The notes below the pieces were generated by a model. It was not told the DNA's origin, did no database searches, and saw only the letters and a program-made list of their open reading frames with translations. From contig CP147779.1 of NCBI GenBank assembly GCA_037308085.1, positions 1,984,001 to 2,048,000 of the forward strand: a stretch of DNA of 64,000 bases, read 5' to 3'. The DNA is from Promethearchaeati archaeon SRVP18_Atabeyarchaeia-1 (lineage in GTDB: Archaea > Asgardarchaeota > Atabeyarchaeia > Atabeyarchaeales > Atabeyarchaeaceae). Shown here in pieces: positions 8,565 to 19,135 of the stretch. A program made the position numbers and the translations under genes. Every line of letters starts with the position of its first letter. Within the stretch, counting starts at the first letter, position 1.

Positions 8565-11081
8565 TTAGAGGCTTCCGAATTCCGCGCGGGCTATTATGTC
8601 GTCCTGTATTGGCTTCCCGAGATCTGTGAAGTAGGCGCAGTAGCCGGATACTCTTACCACCAGGTCTCTGTATTTTTCTGGGTTTTTCTGGGCGTCTCTC
8701 AAGGTTTGGCTGTCCACGACATTTAACTGGACTTGGCTTCCCCCCAATTTGAAGTATGCTCTGATCAGACTGGCCACCTTCTGTCTCCTCTCCTCATCTC
8801 TGAGTAGCATGGGAAGCATTTTGATGTTCAGTGAGCAGCCGTTAGCGATTTTTGTATGTTCAATCTTTGAGCACGATTTTAGTATGGCTGTTGGTCCGTT
8901 TTTTTCAGCTCCGTTACTTGGGGACAGGCTGTTTGATGTTGTTTCTCCAGCTTTTCTTCCGTTGGGTGTTGCTCCAAGTAGGTTCCCGTCTAGGACGTGA
9001 AGTCCATATGAGAAGAATGAGGCTCTGTAGGGTCCTCCTCTCCAAGCCTTTTTACTTGTTACCATGTCGCAGAATGTTCCCGCGATTTCTCTGGCTATCC
9101 AATCGGCGTAATCGTCGTCGTTTCCGTATTTTGGAGCCCTGTTTATTAGTATCTGACGCAGCCTTTCCCTCTTCTCTCCTCTAAAATTGTTTTCTAGTGC
9201 GTCTATCAATTCACTCATGGTTACGGTTTTGTCGTCGAAAACCACTTTTCTTATTGCAGCTAGGGAATCAACTGTTGTGCCTAATCCGCGTCCACTTATA
9301 GAGTTAAAATTGTACCTCGCTCCTCCACTGGTCATATCCATGGCGTTTTCCACGCAGCCCTCAAGCGTGGCTGAGATGTAAGGATTAGGAAACATCTTGT
9401 CGTAGACCTCGTCCTTAATCTCCACCAGCTGAGATATGACGTCGACGCTGTGCTGAAGCTGTTTCTTGAAGGCATCCATTACCTCTTCGAATGTTCTGAA
9501 TTCCCTCGGATCCCCGGTGTCTGCTCCGGTTCTGCGTCCGAGCATTCTGATCATTCCGTTGGTGAGCATCATTTCCAGAATACCCACCAGCGATATGTCG
9601 TTTCCGCTGGTGCACCCGAAGGTGTTTCCGGCGCTTGTAGGCTCCACGCATCCGATTACCGCGTAGTCCCAAGCGTCCCCAAATCCTGTTCCATTATTGA
9701 TCAGGGCGGGGATGGTAACATCGTCGTTGTATAGCGCGGGTCCCGAGGTCACGCTGTAGACTTCGGCGATTTTTCGAAGCCACTCCTCGCTGGACTTGCT
9801 TGAAACACGTACAGAGAAGGTGTTGGTGAGATTCTTCATGTTTTTACAAGCATCCATCCACACGTAGGAGAGCTCGTTAGTGGCATCCTCCCCATCTCTA
9901 CCGACTCCCCCAATGGTTAGGGCGTCCTCGTCGGCACCGAGTTCTGAGGCGGTGTGCTTTCCGAAGCTGGGAAGAAGGAGCAGATTGTAGCTGAACTTGA
10001 TTAAAAGCTCTTCCACAAGCTCCAAAGCCTGTTCGCGGGTGATTTTTCCATTTTCGATATCCTTCTTGTAGTAGGGGTAAAGATACTGGTCAACCCGACC
10101 CACGGCTCCAATTAAACCCACACCATAACTTATTGAAGCCATGACTTGGGTGAACCATAGGAACTGGCAAGCTTCGTAGAAGTTTCGAGGTGGATTGCAG
10201 GGAACCCATCTACAGTTTTCAGCCATCTGGAGCAGTTCGGCTTTCCTCTGAGGATTATCTTCTTTCAACGCCATTTCTTCAGCCAACGATGCGAAGCGTT
10301 GACCAAACATTTTTGCGGCGTCGCAGCAGATCATTACGGCATCGAGGAACTTCTTTTTTTCAGAGCCCACGACGGTTTTCTTTATCTCCCGCGCCTTTTC
10401 TTTCACTCCCTTGAACCCTGTTTTGATTACGTTGTTGATACCGATAACCAAATGGCCCTGAACATCAAAAACATTCATCACCAAGTTTGGATTATTAAGC
10501 GTCACCTCATTCAAGCTACTAGATATGTAGCGTAGTCTTCCCCCGGCGTATAACTTCATGATTTTCCACATGTTTTTGAAGCCGAAGTTCTTCAGTCTCC
10601 TCAAGTTGGCTCCAGGGCCGAGGCTGATTCTGAAGTGTAGTCCTCTCTCCTTCATGATCTTGGTTCGGTGGTCCCTTACCGTTTTGCCCTTCCAGTACTT
10701 GAGCGTCTTCCCCAGTTCTTTCTCTTCCTCTCCTGATATGTGGTAGGGGTGGTCCTTCCTATTTTTGAGGTTTTTAAGGTCTGTTCTTAGGACGTAGTTT
10801 AGTTCGCCGCGCTCTATTGGAATAATAGTTGCTACCAGCTTGCTGGAACGGTTTCCCACTATTTGTTCTTCGGGAAGTATGTAGATGGTCATTTTTTGTA
10901 GAGTGTTTTCCAGAGCCTTCGCGGCTCGGATGGCTGGGTGCATACCCTCTGTTTCCTTGTAGGATTCGGTGTAGTACCGGGCGCGCTCTATGCATATTTC
11001 ATAGGGTGCTTCCAGAATCTTTCTTCTATAGATTTGTGTTCTGGAAGGACTGGAGGTTTGGGTTTCCGTAACTTGGACCGT
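8565..11081 (-). CDS. Glycyl radical enzyme (PFL2/dehydratase-like; ~838 aa, probable ACG start at 11081, track start 10943)
   Basis: Cys loop IGCVEP and Gly loop VRVSGY. The conserved N-terminal ICIERARYYTESYKETEG lies in frame upstream of 10943. Confidence 0.85.
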   Translation of the reverse strand, partial: TVQVTETQTSSPSRTQIYRRKILEAPYEICIERARYYTESYKETEGMHPAIRAAKALENTLQKMTIYILPEEQIVGNRSSKLVATIIPIERGELNYVLRTDLKNLKNRKDHPYHISGEEEKELGKTLKYWKGKTVRDHRTKIMKERGLHFRISLGPGANLRRLKNFGFKNMWKIMKLYAGGRLRYISSSLNEVTLNNPNLVMNVFDVQGHLVIGINNVIKTGFKGVKEKAREIKKTVVGSEKKKFLDAVMICCDAAKMFGQRFASLAEEMALKEDNPQRKAELLQMAENCRWVPCNPPRNFYEACQFLWFTQVMASISYGVGLIGAVGRVDQYLYPYYKKDIENGKITREQALELVEELLIKFSYNLLLLPSFGKHTASELGADEDALTIGGVGRDGEDATNELSYVWMDACKNMKNLTNTFSVRVSSKSSEEWLRKIAEVYSVTSGPALYNDDVTIPALINNGTGFGDAWDYAVIGCVEPTSAGNTFGCTSGNDISLVGILEMMLTNGMIRMLGRRTGADTGDPREFRTFEEVMDAFKKQLQHSVDVISQLVEIKDEVYDKMFPNPYISATLEGCVENAMDMTSGGARYNFNSISGRGLGTTVDSLAAIRKVVFDDKTVTMSELIDALENNFRGEKRERLRQILINRAPKYGNDDDYADWIAREIAGTFCDMVTSKKAWRGGPYRASFFSYGLHVLDGNLLGATPNGRKAGETTSNSLSPSNGAEKNGPTAILKSCSKIEHTKIANGCSLNIKMLPMLLRDEERRQKVASLIRAYFKLGGSQVQLNVVDSQTLRDAQKNPEKYRDLVVRVSGYCAYFTDLGKPIQDDIIARAEFGSL

Positions 11082-11243
11082 TTTTGATCTCCCCTTGAAC
11101 CTCTTAGGTTAACAACATCGTTTAAGAATATTAGCTTTTGTTTATGCAAAAGCCATGCCCAGTGGGGGTCAACCAACCATTAGAGTTTTCAGAAGAGATA
11201 GCGGGATTTTTTCGAAGAGAAACGTTCAGCAGAGAGGAGATTT

Positions 11244-11426
11244 ATGGGTAAAGAGATTTCTTGGAAAAATAAACTCGTTTTCGGTGATTGTCAGAATATG
11301 CAGGAATTGGAAGATAGTAGCGTTCATTTGGTGGTTGCTTCTCCATATTCTAACGCTCCTTTTGATTATCCGGACCTTTTTGAGAGTTATGGAAAGGGTT
11401 CGGAACTGTTCGGATGGACTGTATAA
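11244..11426 (+). pseudogene. N-terminal fragment of a beta-class DNA methyltransferase
   Basis: KLVFGDCQNMQELEDSSVHLVVASPY matches the GDC...VHLVVTSPPY start. The motif is degenerate and the ORF ends at 60 aa. Confidence 0.6.
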
Positions 11427-11452
11427 ATACGTGTAATCACATGTAAGACAAT

Positions 11453-12835
11453 ATGGAAGGAGAACTACGGGATGGAGAGCTTCACCCGGGCAGCCTGCGG
11501 ATCCTGGCGGTCGCACGTGAAGAGGCAGCCACCCACCGGGGGCACCACAGGTGGAAGGCGAGGGAAGGAGAAAAGAGAACCATCACGGTCGGATACGAGC
11601 CCTCCGCAGCAACACTCAGATACCTTGAGGACATGAGGGACGCGCTGACGGGCGCTGTCGCCCACGCATACGCCCTTGCCAAGACTGGTGGCCTGCTCCC
11701 GAGCCCAGTGGCGCTGAGGAGGAGGGTGAAGCCCTGGTTCGACGCCCACTACGACTACGCGAGGCACCACGTCAACCCTGTGTGCAGGACTGCTGTATCA
11801 CTGCTCAGGTCGTACAGGAAGAGGCACCACGAGCTCGCAATGCCCCGGGTCAGGAGGCTAGCCATGAGGATCGACTCCGAACTCTTCCGCGTCCTGGAGA
11901 AAGATGATGGAACCGTGACTGTGAGGGTGACGCTGAAGCCCTTCACCTACGAGACCATCACCTTCACTCCAAGCCACAGGAAGTGGAGCGAGTACAGCAG
12001 GGGAGCAGTGAGCGAACTACTGCTGACTGACAGGAGGCTCTGCGTAACCTTCATCGTGGGGCCTGATGGCGACGGCGGAAAGCCTCTCGGCGGGAGACTC
12101 GCAGGCTCAGACCTCAACTTCCGAAGCATAGACTCCACAGCGTTCAGAGGTGGCAAGCTGGAGCCACCCTGCACTGAGCCTCTCAACAAGATAGTGCAGG
12201 TTCAGAACGATTTCTCAAGGAGGCGAAGGAGACTCCAGCTACACATCAGGAACCCAGAGAAGAGAGCAGCGAAGCTCGCTGAGACAGGGGGCAGGCAGAG
12301 GAACAGGGTCCGGGACGAGCTCCACAAGCTCTCAACCAGGATCATCGGGGAGAACCCTGGCACCTCATTCATCTTCGAGGACTTGAGGAACATCCGGGGA
12401 AAGGGGGAAAGGAAGAGGAAGAAGGCGAGCAGGAAGCTGAGGACGTACCTGAGCCGATGGCCCTACAGGATGTTCCAGAGCATGGTCGAGTACAAGAGCC
12501 GATGCAGGACGATTTACGTGAGCCCGAGGGGGACCTCCACGGAGTGTCCCGTCTGCGGTGGAAAGTTAGAGCACCCAGCTTGGGCCATATCGAGATGCAA
12601 AACCTGTGGCGTGGACTACCAGCGGGATAGGCTCGCCTCGCTGGCGATACTCCGCCGTGGTCTGCGCCTTTGCCGCTACCCGTTTACGGTGAGTGCGGGC
12701 GCCTCTTGGCAGCAGATGAGGGATGAATACCTGTACGCCCCCGGAGAGCCGAGGCCGGGAGAACAGGCTGGACCAGATGCCGCCAACGCTCCGAATAGAA
12801 ACGCGGAAAACTTCCATGGTTTTCCACATTTCTAG
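11453..12835 (+). mobile_element. tnpB: IS200/IS605/IS607-family TnpB RNA-guided nuclease
   Basis: RuvC-I GSDLN, RuvC-II FIFEDL, TSTECPVCG...CKTCG Zn finger, RuvC-III QRDRLAS. GC is higher than in the flanks. Confidence 0.85.
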
Positions 12836-13065
12836 AAACGGTTGATCACGTCGTTGTTTCTTGTCCTATCGGAGGTAATGTTGAATGGATCTACAGCGAA
12901 GTCAACACGGGGACAGTAGAGATTTCTAGTGACTATGTCTTTTGAGTTCTTAGCGATACTCCATTCAGGAACCACATTGTTGTTCCCGAAGATGCGATCC
13001 AGGGACCTCAGGATCTCGCTATATTCGCTAACGTCAGGTTGCACCAAACCAGAGAGATTGGTCAT
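12832..13065 (-). pseudogene. Truncated hypothetical protein, possibly the N-terminus of a PD-(D/E)XK nuclease
   Basis: 77 aa ending at the TnpB stop. The VPEW...YCPRVDFAV pattern resembles a nuclease motif II. Confidence 0.35.
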
Positions 13066-13162
13066 GGTGGAGCAGGCATAGCCTTTCAGACATATTAGTA
13101 CTCTTGTTGCTAAAGGATTGGAGGACGCTTATGCGCGTTATTTGTTTAGAGCTTTTGCTTTG

Positions 13163-13190
13163 CCTTCGAATAAGTCGGCTTATGTGAAGC
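13163..13190 (+). repeat. dif-like Xer site, copy 4
   Basis: CCTTCGAATAA-GTCGGC-TTATGTGAAGC. Confidence 0.75.
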
Positions 13191-13364
13191 CGTACGAGAG
13201 GCTCGTCTAGGGGTGACGAAGCCAGAAGCTTGACAAGATGGCGTACCTCAATGTGTGGCTGAGATTCGTGTCTTCTTAAGCTACAGATACCAAGAAAAAC
13301 TTAAATGCAATCATAATAGCTTCCTATCCAAGCTGCCTCAGCCAGGAGAGGGGATGTAGCGAGT

Positions 13365-14174
13365 TTGGTTCTCGGCTTGATTGACTGGATCGCAGTTAAT
13401 TGGCTCGCCATTATCGGTCTTGTATCCACTTTTCTTTTCGGACTTCTTGCAGTAGTGTTTTACTATAGGAGTAAGAAGAATAAATCTCCATCCTACGCTA
13501 TTCGTAGCACAAATCTCGTGAGAGATCTGATCAGCAAATTCGAACACCTAGAAGTTCGGTACCGACGCCAGCGACTGGCGAACATGACTGTGACAAAGAT
13601 CGTGTTCTGGAATGCTGGCCGCGATACAATTCAAAGGGGAGACATCGCGTCAGCAGAGCCTGTGGCAATATACGCGCGTGAGCGTGTCAAGATACTTGAC
13701 GCGAGAATAGTTCAATCTGTTGAGCCAGCAAACAAATTCGGTCTCGCCGTGACTGAAAACCATTCCCTTGTCAGAATCGGATTTGAGTACATTGACAAGG
13801 GCCAAGGAATAGTTCTGCAGACACTTCACACGGGACAGTCAAGTCAAGATATTGATGTCCGCGGAAAGATAAAGGGAGCCGGGGGCCTGGTCAGAAGGCG
13901 CGTCCAGCGTCCTCCAGATCTCTCCTCCATACCCTTTTTTGGCAAACGATTGTCAGCGAAGCAACGGCGATACGTTACGGCGATAGTTTTCTCACTGATT
14001 CCTGTTGTCCTGGTACCTCTTGGATATTTCTCGTGGCTCCCCACTGAATTGGATTTTCGTTTCTACTTTTTTGTAGCCTTCTTCGGCGTATTTACGATCT
14101 TGTGTTGGTCGATAGCCCTCTCTACCTTGAGAAAAAGGTTACCTGATAAACTGGAAGTCTTCTGGGAAGACTGA
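13365..14174 (+). CDS. Membrane protein (1 N-terminal TM, soluble beta domain, 2 C-terminal TM)
   Basis: Hydropathy pattern of the 269-aa ORF. Confidence 0.65.
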   Translation: MVLGLIDWIAVNWLAIIGLVSTFLFGLLAVVFYYRSKKNKSPSYAIRSTNLVRDLISKFEHLEVRYRRQRLANMTVTKIVFWNAGRDTIQRGDIASAEPVAIYARERVKILDARIVQSVEPANKFGLAVTENHSLVRIGFEYIDKGQGIVLQTLHTGQSSQDIDVRGKIKGAGGLVRRRVQRPPDLSSIPFFGKRLSAKQRRYVTAIVFSLIPVVLVPLGYFSWLPTELDFRFYFFVAFFGVFTILCWSIALSTLRKRLPDKLEVFWED

Positions 14175-14639
14175 TATTACCTGGAGTTCATGCTGATATG
14201 ATCTGGATGTGACCGTCTTCTCAGCGAACTAATGACAGTGCATAATTCCGCAAGCCTTCATTCTCGTGGCGAAACAAGCAACAACTGATCTATCGTATTC
14301 CAAGCTCATCTAAGAGGACAAGTGACTGATACCTGGGTACGTGCGATCAATGCATAGGAAGAGAAGTCAAACCACCTTTTCCAAGACCTATTCCGTCATA
14401 TCATGGGACATTTCCATAATCGCATGTTTATCGATGGTGTGCACGCAAGTCAGCCTGTGAGTATTCCCGCGCGGTACTGGGTAAAAGTGAAGATCCTCCA
14501 ACCAGTCCGCGGAAGAACGCTGGGGCGAATGAGACTTCACGCGATACACGTGAACCATCAGACCACTCCAACGATCAATCTCAGGAATTCGTTAACAAAC
14601 ATTTTTGGATCTTGGAAGCTATTCGGTTCAACCTATACT

Positions 14640-15149
14640 TCAACTGTCTCTACCATAATGCCTTTCCAGAAAGTAAGCAAGGAACCAAGCACTGAAGTAG
14701 ATGAGGGCGGCATAATCATACTTGTTCTCCGGAGGAAATGCCTGTGGCAAAATCAGATAGAGAGGCCAGACTATAATATAGAAAACCGCGAGGGGGGTCC
14801 CCGCGATTGCCAGTGTCCTTAAGCCCGAGTGAACCACGAAATGCGAGAACCCACAATTTCTAGTCCACGTTGCTTTCAATATTCCCCTGTACTGTGAGTT
14901 AAGATAATCAAAAATGATGCAGAATGAAAAGAAAACGAATGCCGCGACTGGGATGATTGACACTATCTGACCCCATGGCGGATAATATACATGAGATGGT
15001 AGGAACTCTGCATTGAGCCTACTAAACATCAGAGTGAAGAATACCCCAAATACGGTCACTATCAATACTGGTTCATAGTCTGTCGGATCTTTTTCCTTTG
15101 CCTTGTGATTTGCGGGCATACCGTTACCCCCTATTACCCTTCTCCTCAC
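14640..15149 (-). CDS. Membrane protein of unknown function
   Basis: About 4 hydrophobic segments. Confidence 0.5.
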   Translation of the reverse strand: MRRRVIGGNGMPANHKAKEKDPTDYEPVLIVTVFGVFFTLMFSRLNAEFLPSHVYYPPWGQIVSIIPVAAFVFFSFCIIFDYLNSQYRGILKATWTRNCGFSHFVVHSGLRTLAIAGTPLAVFYIIVWPLYLILPQAFPPENKYDYAALIYFSAWFLAYFLERHYGRDS

Positions 15150-15318
15150 CGAGTGCAGTTTAACCTAACTCCCTTATAAGTTTGTGGTGAATTGTCAAAT
15201 CTATTAGACATGGCGCTAAGGAAGAAGCTAGAGGTTGGGGAGCAGGGGAGAAGAGCAGAGGGAATTTGGCTGACTTGGACTTTGAGATATAGCAGTAAGT
15301 CATTTGAAATGTAGATTG

Positions 15319-15346
15319 GTTTCACCTTATTCGGCTTAAGTGAGTC
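15319..15346 (+). repeat. Degenerate dif-like site, copy 5
   Basis: GTTTCACCTTA-TTCGGC-TTAAGTGAGTC. The TCGGC spacer and TTAxGTGA arm are retained. Confidence 0.35.
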
Positions 15347-15410
15347 AGTTGAGCCACAGGTGGAGAGTCGAAGACAGTTACCCAGGCTACAGGAATCACT
15401 TTCCTAGCTG

Positions 15411-16724
15411 ATGATCGTGTACAAAGTCTGTTCCGCATCCCGGCTATTGGCTACATTTATAATTGATCTTCTACGTAATATGTTCGGGATGATGGCTGTG
15501 CGAATTGACAAGGAAAGTTCCTCATTGGAATCTGCGGTCAAACCATTGCTTGAGGCTGCTGTTGCCGAACAATGGAAAGATGTGTTGAGTATCTTGTACC
15601 TCAACGGCTCTGTTATTGCACTGTCTGAGGATCTGCAGATGTTCTGTTTGGTGAGTGCTAGCGGACCGTACCAGGATATCGATCGCTCAATGGACATCTT
15701 GAAAGGTAAATCGGAAGTCGAACTTGTCCCTGTTTTTAAGGAATTCTTCAGTATGCTCTTGCCGAGGATCATGGTCATTCTACGGAAAGAAGAAGTCGCC
15801 TTGGCAAACAAGGAAGAAAAACAGCAAATGTTAGCAATGATGCTTATGGCTGAATTCCAGGGAGAACAGCGGACATATCAAAGAGATATTTCTCGAATTA
15901 TCGTCCAGGGCGCGTCATCACTTTCGGGTTCCATAGCCGTTGGGGTCGCAAAAACACTTCTAGAGATGAGGGACAGGCACATACATTCTGCTCTTGATGA
16001 GGAAGATTATGAGTTGATGATAGAGGGTTTGAGAAGGCTGAATATCATCGAGTCTGCCCTGCAGGTAAGCTTGTGTCCTGAGTGTGCCAATTACCAATTT
16101 ACTGTCTCAAGATACCCCTCGTTGGTCGAGGTTTGTCCGAGGTGTGGTTCCGAATGGGTCACTCTCACGCTTTATAGCCTTCAGCCTCCCTACAGCCTGA
16201 CGAAGGCTGACAATTCGGATCTTCCACTCTTCATTTCAGCCTACCTCAAACACAAGATAGGTATAGCAGCACCGACAGAGATGGTCAAGATCCTGCCCAA
16301 GGCCGTCATAAAGACAAATGAAGACAAAACGATTGAGGTTGATGTATACCTGCCGGACTACGATGCAGGGATAGAATGCAAAGTGTACGAGGATGCTTTT
16401 GCCCCTATGACCCAATCAAGGCTGGGCACCATTGTGGGTCATCTCATACCACAAATTAAGAGGTACACAAGCATAGGAATAAAGACTGTGATAGTCGTCA
16501 CGAACTTGGATGAGGGATCGCTGGGCAAGCTGAAAAGTGGTCTGCAGGACAGGCTGGCGAATGAAGATCCGAAGCCCACGGTCGAGGTTCTGCCGGGAGA
16601 GATCAACACTTTGCTCAATTGGCTAAATCAGCGGTCTTCGGCAATAGCTAAACAGATTCAAGATTCCTTAAACAAGGCACTTACGGATAGCATTCAAGGA
16701 AAACATCCATTGGATGAAAAGTGA
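15411..16724 (+). CDS. Zn-ribbon plus C-terminal PD-(D/E)XK nuclease-like protein
   Basis: CPEC...CPRC; IEVDVYLPDYDAGIECK. Confidence 0.65.
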   Translation: MIVYKVCSASRLLATFIIDLLRNMFGMMAVRIDKESSSLESAVKPLLEAAVAEQWKDVLSILYLNGSVIALSEDLQMFCLVSASGPYQDIDRSMDILKGKSEVELVPVFKEFFSMLLPRIMVILRKEEVALANKEEKQQMLAMMLMAEFQGEQRTYQRDISRIIVQGASSLSGSIAVGVAKTLLEMRDRHIHSALDEEDYELMIEGLRRLNIIESALQVSLCPECANYQFTVSRYPSLVEVCPRCGSEWVTLTLYSLQPPYSLTKADNSDLPLFISAYLKHKIGIAAPTEMVKILPKAVIKTNEDKTIEVDVYLPDYDAGIECKVYEDAFAPMTQSRLGTIVGHLIPQIKRYTSIGIKTVIVVTNLDEGSLGKLKSGLQDRLANEDPKPTVEVLPGEINTLLNWLNQRSSAIAKQIQDSLNKALTDSIQGKHPLDEK

Positions 16725-16809
16725 GCGAGGCCTTAGCGCTGCAAAGCGCAGTACGAAATTTGGGCCCCTTATCGAATTGCCACTAAATCGACACCGTCCA
16801 CGCATTATC

Positions 16810-17388
16810 CTAGTCGATGTCTAGTTGAGAGTATTCATTTGCCCTTCTGGTACCTATTACGAAGACACTCTTGGTACTCTTATTGAGGACGAGATAGGCG
16901 ATCTCAGGATTCTCGTAGACTAGTTCTACTACCTCGTCGACTTCCTTTCCGCTTATGACAAGCCCAACCAAGCAACTCATAAATCCGTCCGAAAAGGATC
17001 CCCATCTATAATAAAGGCTGGACTTCGCGACGAGTCTCGGTCCACTGATAGCTCTCGATGGACGTTCGAACATGCAATGGAACAAGGCGACTTCTTGCAG
17101 ACGAATATCAGTAAAGTCAGGAAAGCAATAGAAACCCCATCTCAGTCGAGATAGGAGTGTCTGCTGATTGACATCTATATCATACTCCCAGGGCGGTCCC
17201 TCATTTCGTGGCCTCTTGAATTGCAGACCAAGGATTTTGTTATTTACGGCGATAATCCTATCTATGGGCAACTTTTTCTCCTTTACTTGCCCTATTGAAT
17301 ACACCCTAACCCTCCATCCGATTCTTCGGAAGTAGTCGGCGATGCCAATCAGGATCCAGTCGGCATAATTGTCCTCCGTGGGAATCAT
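16810..17388 (-). CDS. Putative PD-(D/E)XK-fold nuclease
   Basis: EKKLPIDRIIAV...GLQFKRP (D...QxK variant). Confidence 0.5.
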   Translation of the reverse strand: MIPTEDNYADWILIGIADYFRRIGWRVRVYSIGQVKEKKLPIDRIIAVNNKILGLQFKRPRNEGPPWEYDIDVNQQTLLSRLRWGFYCFPDFTDIRLQEVALFHCMFERPSRAISGPRLVAKSSLYYRWGSFSDGFMSCLVGLVISGKEVDEVVELVYENPEIAYLVLNKSTKSVFVIGTRRANEYSQLDID

Positions 17389-17494
17389 ATCCGAATGCCT
17401 CCTTGGAAATCACTTCGGATTTCCTGCAATAGTTTGGATCACGCCATCTGCTGCCACCCGTTTCTCCTAGAAGCTACTTCATTAGATCCGGGTC

Positions 17495-18454
17495 TCACTT
17501 TTTCACTAGTCTGATCAGTTCCTCCTTCGTCAAGATCTTGTCATACCTTTCCTTGACTCTGTCCCTGCTCATTATTCCAAATCTGACTTGGTTCAGGAAG
17601 TCTTGGAAGTCAGGGTTCATCGTCGCAAGCTTATTGATCATGTCCCAGTCCAGGTACTCCTTATGCTTTGCAGGGTACACGATTTCAGAGGAGTCTGGGT
17701 CTTCTACATCCAATTTTATGACTCCAATCCCAAATGACGTCGACAGTCTTTTGAGGTTGCTTTGAAAGTCTTCATCAGTGGAGATCTCGGAAGCCACAAG
17801 ATAACCTTCATTTGCCCAAGATGAGTTTGACACTGTCTGGAAGAAGTATTCCCTCAGATTAGAGAAGTCTAGCTCGCGCTTTATCTCGAATGAATATAGC
17901 TTCACCGGAATGTTTCCTGTTTCTTTGCTGAACTCGAGTACCTCCCTTTTCCACTCCTCAAGCGGGAACCAGCAGCCAACCATGTCAGGATGAACCCATT
18001 CTCCAAACTCCTTCTTGTCTGACTTGGTGTGTTCGATTGTTTTTGTGTAAGCTCTAAGATAGTAGAACGCGAAGTATGCCAGTAAAGGATGTAGGTCCTT
18101 TTCTAGGTAGGTGAGCCTTTTTGGCGGCAGGGCTGATCTCATAGTATGCTCTTCGATGAGCTTCTCCAACTCGTCAGCGTCCTTCACAAGGGATCTGAGG
18201 TAGAACCTTGTTGGCCCTGAGCCCACTTTGACGAACGGACTATCCTCCCTGTCTCTGATACTGACATAGATCTTGGCTTCAATTGTCCTCCAAGGAGTCT
18301 TCCCCTGGGAACCTACGTTCTTGTCGTATCCTTTGCTTTTCGCCAGCTCCCAGATTTCTTCTGGGGATAAGGGTTTCTTCTCCTCTTCTACAACCTTCTT
18401 TGCTAACTCAGTGAAAGTCCACTTATCCAAGGCTTCCCTCCTCCAGGCAGTCAT
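17495..18454 (-). CDS. HARE-HTH plus restriction-endonuclease-like protein (HrgA/COG2958-like)
   Basis: PLSPEEIWE...GKTPWRTIEA HTH; EKDLHPLL, WVHPDMVG, YSFEIK, YFFQTVSNSSWANEGYLV. Confidence 0.8.
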   Translation of the reverse strand: MTAWRREALDKWTFTELAKKVVEEEKKPLSPEEIWELAKSKGYDKNVGSQGKTPWRTIEAKIYVSIRDREDSPFVKVGSGPTRFYLRSLVKDADELEKLIEEHTMRSALPPKRLTYLEKDLHPLLAYFAFYYLRAYTKTIEHTKSDKKEFGEWVHPDMVGCWFPLEEWKREVLEFSKETGNIPVKLYSFEIKRELDFSNLREYFFQTVSNSSWANEGYLVASEISTDEDFQSNLKRLSTSFGIGVIKLDVEDPDSSEIVYPAKHKEYLDWDMINKLATMNPDFQDFLNQVRFGIMSRDRVKERYDKILTKEELIRLVKK

Positions 18455-18505
18455 AGGTCTTCAAGGTAGCTTGTATGCATGACTCACTATAAGAATCTTG
18501 AGAGC

Positions 18506-19135
18506 CTACCGCCTCCGCCTCTGATAAAGTATCGATTTCTCCCAGTCATTTCCGTACATCATTCTCAACTCTTCCTGATTTTTCGTCCACAAGCTCTCAA
18601 AGTGAGATATTGACTCTTTGAATGCCTCAGGAGAGAACTTTCTAATTGTGTGCGTGGAATTCCCAAGCGCGTCACGCTTCAAGTCGGCTCCTATATCGAT
18701 GAAGAATGATTCTTTGGAACCTATCCATCGCTCATGGACCTTATTTATCTTTGAGATTTCGAAGTGTGGTCTGTCCCTAGCACATGTTTCCGCGTTTCTG
18801 AGGCATTTGTTGAGGTCCTTTATGGCAGAAGTAATAATACGTATTCCAGAGGATTTCGGTATTGAGTCTAAATAGCCAAAAGTTGTCTTGTCGATAAAGT
18901 CCAGCTCGGCAATCACGTCCCCAGAAAGCTGTTCAAACCACTTTTCGATGCTGTTCTCTGCCTTGTTTTTCTGACCTTTGTTGATTATGGATTCATCCCC
19001 CAAGGTTACATTCGGGTTTGCCGTGGGCTGCTTTAGCTCTTGAATTCTTTGCATTATCCTGCCTTCCATTTCCCGCAGGTATGCCAGAACAGAATCTCTG
19101 CCAAGTGCCTTTGACGGCAGCTCCGCTTCGCTCAA
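18506..19135 (-). CDS. Hypothetical protein, PLD-like (HDRF-type) domain
   Basis: VHERWIGS...IDIGADLK...HFESLW. Overlaps the upstream gene stop. Confidence 0.45.
   Translation of the reverse strand: MSEAELPSKALGRDSVLAYLREMEGRIMQRIQELKQPTANPNVTLGDESIINKGQKNKAENSIEKWFEQLSGDVIAELDFIDKTTFGYLDSIPKSSGIRIITSAIKDLNKCLRNAETCARDRPHFEISKINKVHERWIGSKESFFIDIGADLKRDALGNSTHTIRKFSPEAFKESISHFESLWTKNQEELRMMYGNDWEKSILYQRRRR

Noticed and set aside
11453-11560. IS607 TnpA C-terminal remnant in another frame (ESFTRAACGSWRSH)
   Set aside because: The resemblance is too weak to support.
4391-15346. Repeats read as a CRISPR array or integron attC sites
   Set aside because: Spacing is 2-5 kb, no cas genes are present, and there is no RYYYAAC/GTTRRRY hairpin structure.
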